DNA from: Desulfobacterales bacterium
GTDB lineage: Bacteria > Desulfobacterota > Desulfobacteria > Desulfobacterales > UBA2174
Direction of reading: 5' to 3'
DNA length: 64,000 nucleotides
Assembly (NCBI GenBank): GCA_963668645.2
Contig: CAXXWC010000017.1
Coordinates: 1-64,000, forward strand
Of this stretch, positions 59,786 through 64,000 are shown piece after piece. Within the stretch, counting starts at the first letter, position 1. Each line of letters begins with the position of its first letter. Both the position numbers and the translations under genes were made by a program. Under the pieces are notes generated by a model that worked only from the letters and a program-made list of their open reading frames with translations, ran no database searches and was not told where the DNA came from.

Positions 59786-59818
59786 GTCAATTCCTCCTCG
59801 ACCCGGGCTTGCGGCCGG

Positions 59819-60232
59819 TTATGCCTCATCGGGCGAAAAGTCGCCGCAAGGCGGCCAGGCCCCGCGTTCCTGCAGCACGGCCCGCAGGGTCTTGAGGGCC
59901 GTGTTGGTGGCCGGCATGCCGCCGTAGACGAAGGTCTGGAAGATCGTCTCGGCGATCTGGGCCGGGGTGCAGCCCACATTGAGAGCTGCATGGATGTGGA
60001 GCTTGAGCTCCTCGGGCCGCGACAGTACGGTGAGGGCCGCCACGGTGACCAGTTGGCGGGTCGGATGGGGCAGCTTCTCGCGGGCATACATGCGCCCGGT
60101 GATGAAAAGCGACAGGTCCCTGGCCAGATCCGGGTCAAAGGCCTTCCAGAGGGCGTAAGGGCCCTCTTCCTTGACCCCCTCGAAATAGAGGGCCGCGGTT
60201 TTTCTGGTTTTTTCAACGAGTTCGTCTGGCAT
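59819..60232 (-). CDS. Carboxymuconolactone decarboxylase (CMD/AhpD-like) family protein
   Basis: RQLVTVAAL, ELKLHIHAALNVG, YGGMPA. Confidence 0.85.
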   Translation of the reverse strand: MPDELVEKTRKTAALYFEGVKEEGPYALWKAFDPDLARDLSLFITGRMYAREKLPHPTRQLVTVAALTVLSRPEELKLHIHAALNVGCTPAQIAETIFQTFVYGGMPATNTALKTLRAVLQERGAWPPCGDFSPDEA

Positions 60233-60332
60233 GGAAAGACTCCTGAACCGTTGGGGCGGGCAAACATCGGGCCGATCAGACGGATCGGACGGATCCGACC
60301 GATCGGCATCCTGCCGCTCGCCGTAGAGGCTT

Positions 60333-61496
60333 CTACCGGTTCGCCTTGCGGATTCCGAGCTGGTCCTGGGCGATGATCCACTTGCAGATGTTGGCCGAGC
60401 CTTCCACCATGGTGTAGGTGGGTGCGTCGCGGTAATAGCGCGCCACGGGATATTCGGTAGAATAGCCGTAGGCGCCCAGTATGCGCATGGCGTAGTTGGC
60501 GCACTTGGTCACGGCCTCGCCGGACATGTATTTGGCCACGGCCACATCCAGCCCGTTGTTGAGCTGGCCCTGATCCTTGGCCCAGGCGGCCTTGTAGACC
60601 AGCAACCGCGCGGCTTCGATTTCACAGACCATCTGGGCCACCATGTCCTGGTTCATCTGGAAGGTGCCGATGGGTTTGCCGAACTGCTTGCGGTCGTTGC
60701 AGTACTTGGTGACGGCATCCAGGCAGGCCTGGGCCAGGCCCACGGCCCCGGCGGCGGCTGAAAGGCGGGTCTGGTTCAGGGAGCTGAAGACGATCTTGGT
60801 CCCGTCTCCGGGCTTGCCGATGATGTTTTCCTTGGGGACCCGGGTGTCGGAGCAGAAGACTTCGCCGGTGGGGCTGGAGTGGGAGCCCATTTTTTCCAGG
60901 GCCGAGGTCTTGACCCCGTTGAAGTTTTTCGGTTCGAGCACGAAGGCCGAAAGGCCGCGGGACCCGGCGTTGCGGTCGGTGTAGGCGTAGTAGATGAGCA
61001 CGTCGGCCACCGGGGCGTTGGAGATCCAGGTCTTGGAACCGTTGAGCAGCCAGTGGTCGCCCTTGTCCTCGGCGGTGGAGGTCAGCGCCATGACATCCGA
61101 GCCGGCATCCGGTTCGGTGATGGCGAACCCGCCCACGTAGTCGGCCTTGACGAGTTTTTCGATGTATTTGCGGCGCAATTCCTCGCTGCCGTAGTTGAAG
61201 ATGGTAAAGGCGCAGCCGAGGGTCTGCATGTTGACCTGGACCCGCAGCGAGCTCGAAGCCCGGGCAATTTCCTCGGTGACGATCATGGCCGCCAGCCAGC
61301 CCATGTCCTCGCCGCCGTACTGCTCGGGGATCACGGTGCCGAAAAACCCGAGCTGGCCCATCGGCTTCATCACTTCTTTATAAGGCAGGTGATGCTCGGC
61401 ATCCCAGGCATCGGCATTGGGGGCAATCTTCTTGGCGGCAAATTCGCGTACCGCATCGCGCAGCATTTCGAGGTCTTTGGAAAGCTTGAAATCCAT
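60333..61496 (-). CDS. acd: Glutaryl-CoA dehydrogenase, non-decarboxylating
   Basis: TEPDAGSD, GSKTWISNA, RKQFG, YRDAPTYTMVEGSANICK, C-terminal DQLGIRKANR resembling the Desulfococcus multivorans enzyme; gcd context. Confidence 0.88.
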   Translation of the reverse strand: MDFKLSKDLEMLRDAVREFAAKKIAPNADAWDAEHHLPYKEVMKPMGQLGFFGTVIPEQYGGEDMGWLAAMIVTEEIARASSSLRVQVNMQTLGCAFTIFNYGSEELRRKYIEKLVKADYVGGFAITEPDAGSDVMALTSTAEDKGDHWLLNGSKTWISNAPVADVLIYYAYTDRNAGSRGLSAFVLEPKNFNGVKTSALEKMGSHSSPTGEVFCSDTRVPKENIIGKPGDGTKIVFSSLNQTRLSAAAGAVGLAQACLDAVTKYCNDRKQFGKPIGTFQMNQDMVAQMVCEIEAARLLVYKAAWAKDQGQLNNGLDVAVAKYMSGEAVTKCANYAMRILGAYGYSTEYPVARYYRDAPTYTMVEGSANICKWIIAQDQLGIRKANR

Positions 61497-61572
61497 GGGG
61501 TCCCTCCTTGAGGCGATGAATTTAGAGTTAAGTTGCCGCATCCTCGGGCCGCGGCGTTTAATATGACGGTTT

Positions 61573-62775
61573 TCAGATTACGCCGGTTTCCTTCAATGAT
61601 CGGATCTGCGCGGTGTCCAGCTCGAGGCGCTGGCGCAGGATCTCCTCGGTATGTTCCCCGAGCAGAGGCGGGTGGCGCCGGATTTCGCACGGCGTTTCGC
61701 TCATCTTCATCGGGCTGGCCACCATCTTGACCGTTCCGGCGGTGGGGTGCGGCACCTCGGCCACCATCCGGCGAAACAGGACCTGGGGATCGGCAAAGAC
61801 GCGGTCCAGGGTGTTGATGGGGCCGCAGGGGATGCGCAGTCTGTTCAGTTCGGTGAGCCACTCGTCGCCGGGCTTCTTGAGCATCGCTTCGGCCACCAGG
61901 GGGATGAGGGCTTTGCGGTTGTTGACCCGCTCGGGGTTGGTGGCGTAACGCGGATCGGTGGCCAGGCCGTTGAGACCGGCCAGCTCGCAGAACTTCTGCC
62001 ATTGCAAATCGTTGCCCACCGCCAGGGCGATGTAGGTGCCGTCCCGGGTCAAAAACGGTTCGTAGGGGACGATGTTGGGATGGGCGTTGCCCCAGCGGGT
62101 GGGGTTGACCCCCGAGATCAGGTAGTTGCTGCCCACGTTGGCCAGCCAGGCCAGGGTGGAGTCGAGCAGGGCCATGTCGATGTATTGGCCCTTGCCGGTC
62201 TTTTCCCGATGGCGCAGGGCCGCCAGTATGGCGTTGACGGCAAACAGGCCGGTGGTGATGTCCACGATGGCGACACCGACTTTCATCGGGGGCCCCTCGG
62301 GCGGTCCGGTAAAGCTCATGATGCCGCCCATGCCCTGGATCATGAAGTCGTACCCCGCCTTGTCCTTGTAAGGGCCGTCCTGGCCGAAGCCGGTGATCGA
62401 GCAGTAGATGATGCCGGGATTCTCTTTTTTGAGGTCTTGGTAGCCGAGGCCCATCTTGTCCAGGGTGCCCACGATGTAGTTTTCGATGACGATGTCGCTG
62501 GTGCGCGCCAGATCGCGGATGATCTGCTGGCCGCGGGGGTCTTTGAGGTTTACCGTCAGGCTGCGCTTGTTGCGGTTGACGAAAAGGTAATAGGCCGCTT
62601 CGCCGCCGGCGTTGGGCGGGCCCCAGTGGCGCGTGTCGTCGCCGAACTTGGGCCGCTCGATCTTGATCACGTCGGCCCCCAGGTCACCGAGTACCATGGT
62701 GGCGTAGGGGCCGGCCAGAACCCGCGAAAGGTCCAGGACGGTGATGTCGCTCAACGGTTTCGAATTCAACTGCAT
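61573..62775 (-). CDS. CaiB/BaiF family III CoA-transferase (probable glutarate CoA-transferase)
   Basis: DLSRVLAGP, LGADVIKIE, NRNKRS, GFGQDGP, PLLGEHT. Confidence 0.9.
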   Translation of the reverse strand: MQLNSKPLSDITVLDLSRVLAGPYATMVLGDLGADVIKIERPKFGDDTRHWGPPNAGGEAAYYLFVNRNKRSLTVNLKDPRGQQIIRDLARTSDIVIENYIVGTLDKMGLGYQDLKKENPGIIYCSITGFGQDGPYKDKAGYDFMIQGMGGIMSFTGPPEGPPMKVGVAIVDITTGLFAVNAILAALRHREKTGKGQYIDMALLDSTLAWLANVGSNYLISGVNPTRWGNAHPNIVPYEPFLTRDGTYIALAVGNDLQWQKFCELAGLNGLATDPRYATNPERVNNRKALIPLVAEAMLKKPGDEWLTELNRLRIPCGPINTLDRVFADPQVLFRRMVAEVPHPTAGTVKMVASPMKMSETPCEIRRHPPLLGEHTEEILRQRLELDTAQIRSLKETGVI

Positions 62776-62789
62776 CAAAGTCTCCTGTG

Positions 62790-63590
62790 TCAGGGGTATG
62801 GGATCGGTTCTTGCTGGCTGTCGTCGTAGCCCATGATCCTGGAAAAAGCGTGCGCGGCCTTTTTCAGCTCCCGGATACAAAATTCCCGGTGGACCGCATC
62901 CTGGTAGCGGATTTCAGGGATCGCCAGGCTCAGTGAAGCCAGTAGCTGGCCGTGGTGATCGAAAATCGGGGCGCTCAGCGATCCCAGGCCGCGGTTGCGC
63001 TCACCGAGGCTTTCGGCATGGCCCTGGGCTGCGATCTGCGCCAACTCCTGGCGCAGGGTGTCCAGATCCGCGACCGTACGGTCGGTAAAGGGGGGCAGGG
63101 TCGTGAACTCCTTGAGATATCGTTCGCGATGGTCTTCGTCCCAGAAGGCCAGCAGGCATTTGGACGATCCGCCGGCGTAAAGGGGCGAACGGCTGCCGAT
63201 GGGCATGGAAGCCTTGAGGGCCTGGGGTGATTCGATGGTATCGATGCAAACCCGGTCGGTTCCCTCGATGATGTTCAGGTGAATCGTCTCGCCGGTCGCT
63301 GTCGCCAGGCTCTGGAGGAAGGGCTGGCTGGCCCGGGCGACGGGGTAGGTGCCTTTCAAGGTGTTGACAAAGCGGTAGAAAACCACTCCCAGATGGTATT
63401 TGCGGCTGACGGGGTCCTGGGCCACGAATCCGTTGCTTTTCAACGACTGCAAAAGACGCTGAACCGTGGCAGGACTGAACCCCAAGTGGGTGCTCAGCTC
63501 CCGCACCCCCCAGGTGGGCTGCTCGGACTGAAAGGAGAGCAGAATTCGCAACGCTTTTTCGACGGAATTGACCCGCTCATCTTGTTTCAT
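62790..63590 (-). CDS. IclR-family transcriptional regulator
   Basis: SVEKALRIL HTH, TGETIHL, SLSAPIF. Confidence 0.92.
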   Translation of the reverse strand: MKQDERVNSVEKALRILLSFQSEQPTWGVRELSTHLGFSPATVQRLLQSLKSNGFVAQDPVSRKYHLGVVFYRFVNTLKGTYPVARASQPFLQSLATATGETIHLNIIEGTDRVCIDTIESPQALKASMPIGSRSPLYAGGSSKCLLAFWDEDHRERYLKEFTTLPPFTDRTVADLDTLRQELAQIAAQGHAESLGERNRGLGSLSAPIFDHHGQLLASLSLAIPEIRYQDAVHREFCIRELKKAAHAFSRIMGYDDSQQEPIPYP

Positions 63591-63811
63591 ATCGTGGAAC
63601 CCTGTTTTGTATGATGCTTTTTATGCCAACTCATACCGGGGTTGTCAACTGGAAATTGTCACAACCGCTGACCCGCCTTCAGCCGGCTGAACCGGAAACG
63701 TTCGCAGAGGGGCCGGGAGTGAACTATCGGGTTGAAGAGAGTGCTAATACATTTTACATTTGGGGGGCTCAGGCGGCTGTCAACCGAGAAACGATCCTCC
63801 AAGGAGGTTAC

Positions 63812-64000
63812 ATGGCGCTGCACCCCATGGCCGGCCAACCGGCCCGGCCCGAAGACCTGGCAAACATCCCCCGGCTGGTATCGGCCTACTACACCCGGCG
63901 CCCGGAGCCGGACCACCCGCTTGAACCGGTGTCTTTCGGCACTTCGGGCCACCGGGGGTCGTCTCTTAAAGGAAGCTTCAACGAGGGGCATATCCTCGCC
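63812..64000 (+). CDS. pgm: Phosphoglucomutase, N-terminal part (truncated by the window edge)
   Basis: AAGGAGG RBS; MALHPMAGQPA...IPRLVSAYY...FGTSGHRGSS...FNEGHILA. Confidence 0.9.
   Translation, partial: MALHPMAGQPARPEDLANIPRLVSAYYTRRPEPDHPLEPVSFGTSGHRGSSLKGSFNEGHILA

Overview
GC-rich chromosome segment of a sulfate-reducing Desulfobacterota (Desulfobacterales-like) bacterium. It contains dapA and the dsrABD-dsrN sulfite reductase cluster, then a minus-strand catabolic operon (Dpp-type ABC transporter, saccharopine/lysine dehydrogenase-like enzyme, XRE-HTH::DctP fusion, MmgE/PrpD). An orphan OadG/OadB pair, ptsP, an OlsF-like acyltransferase, gltA, uraA-upp, priA, polA and a cold-shock gene follow. 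Near the end are a SidJ-like pseudokinase, a glutarate catabolic operon (IclR, CoA-transferase, non-decarboxylating glutaryl-CoA dehydrogenase, Na+-pumping glutaconyl-CoA decarboxylase) and the start of pgm. The most striking element is a three-gene accessory cluster at 28.5-35.7 kb: a nitrilase-fold hydrolase, a winged-HTH protein and a 1722-aa NLR-like protein. The large protein joins a ParA/MinD-like ATPase, a restriction-endonuclease-like domain, a NACHT/STAND ATPase, pentapeptide repeats and 14 near-identical WD40 repeats whose variation is concentrated at a few codons; it is a candidate undescribed defence/conflict system. Also notable are a probable UGA-selenocysteine DUF1573-like gene with two apparent frameshifts and a 42-aa decarboxylase subunit missing from the ORF track. 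No rRNA, tRNA, CRISPR array, integrase or transposase was recognised. All family calls come from motif recognition by eye, not database searches.
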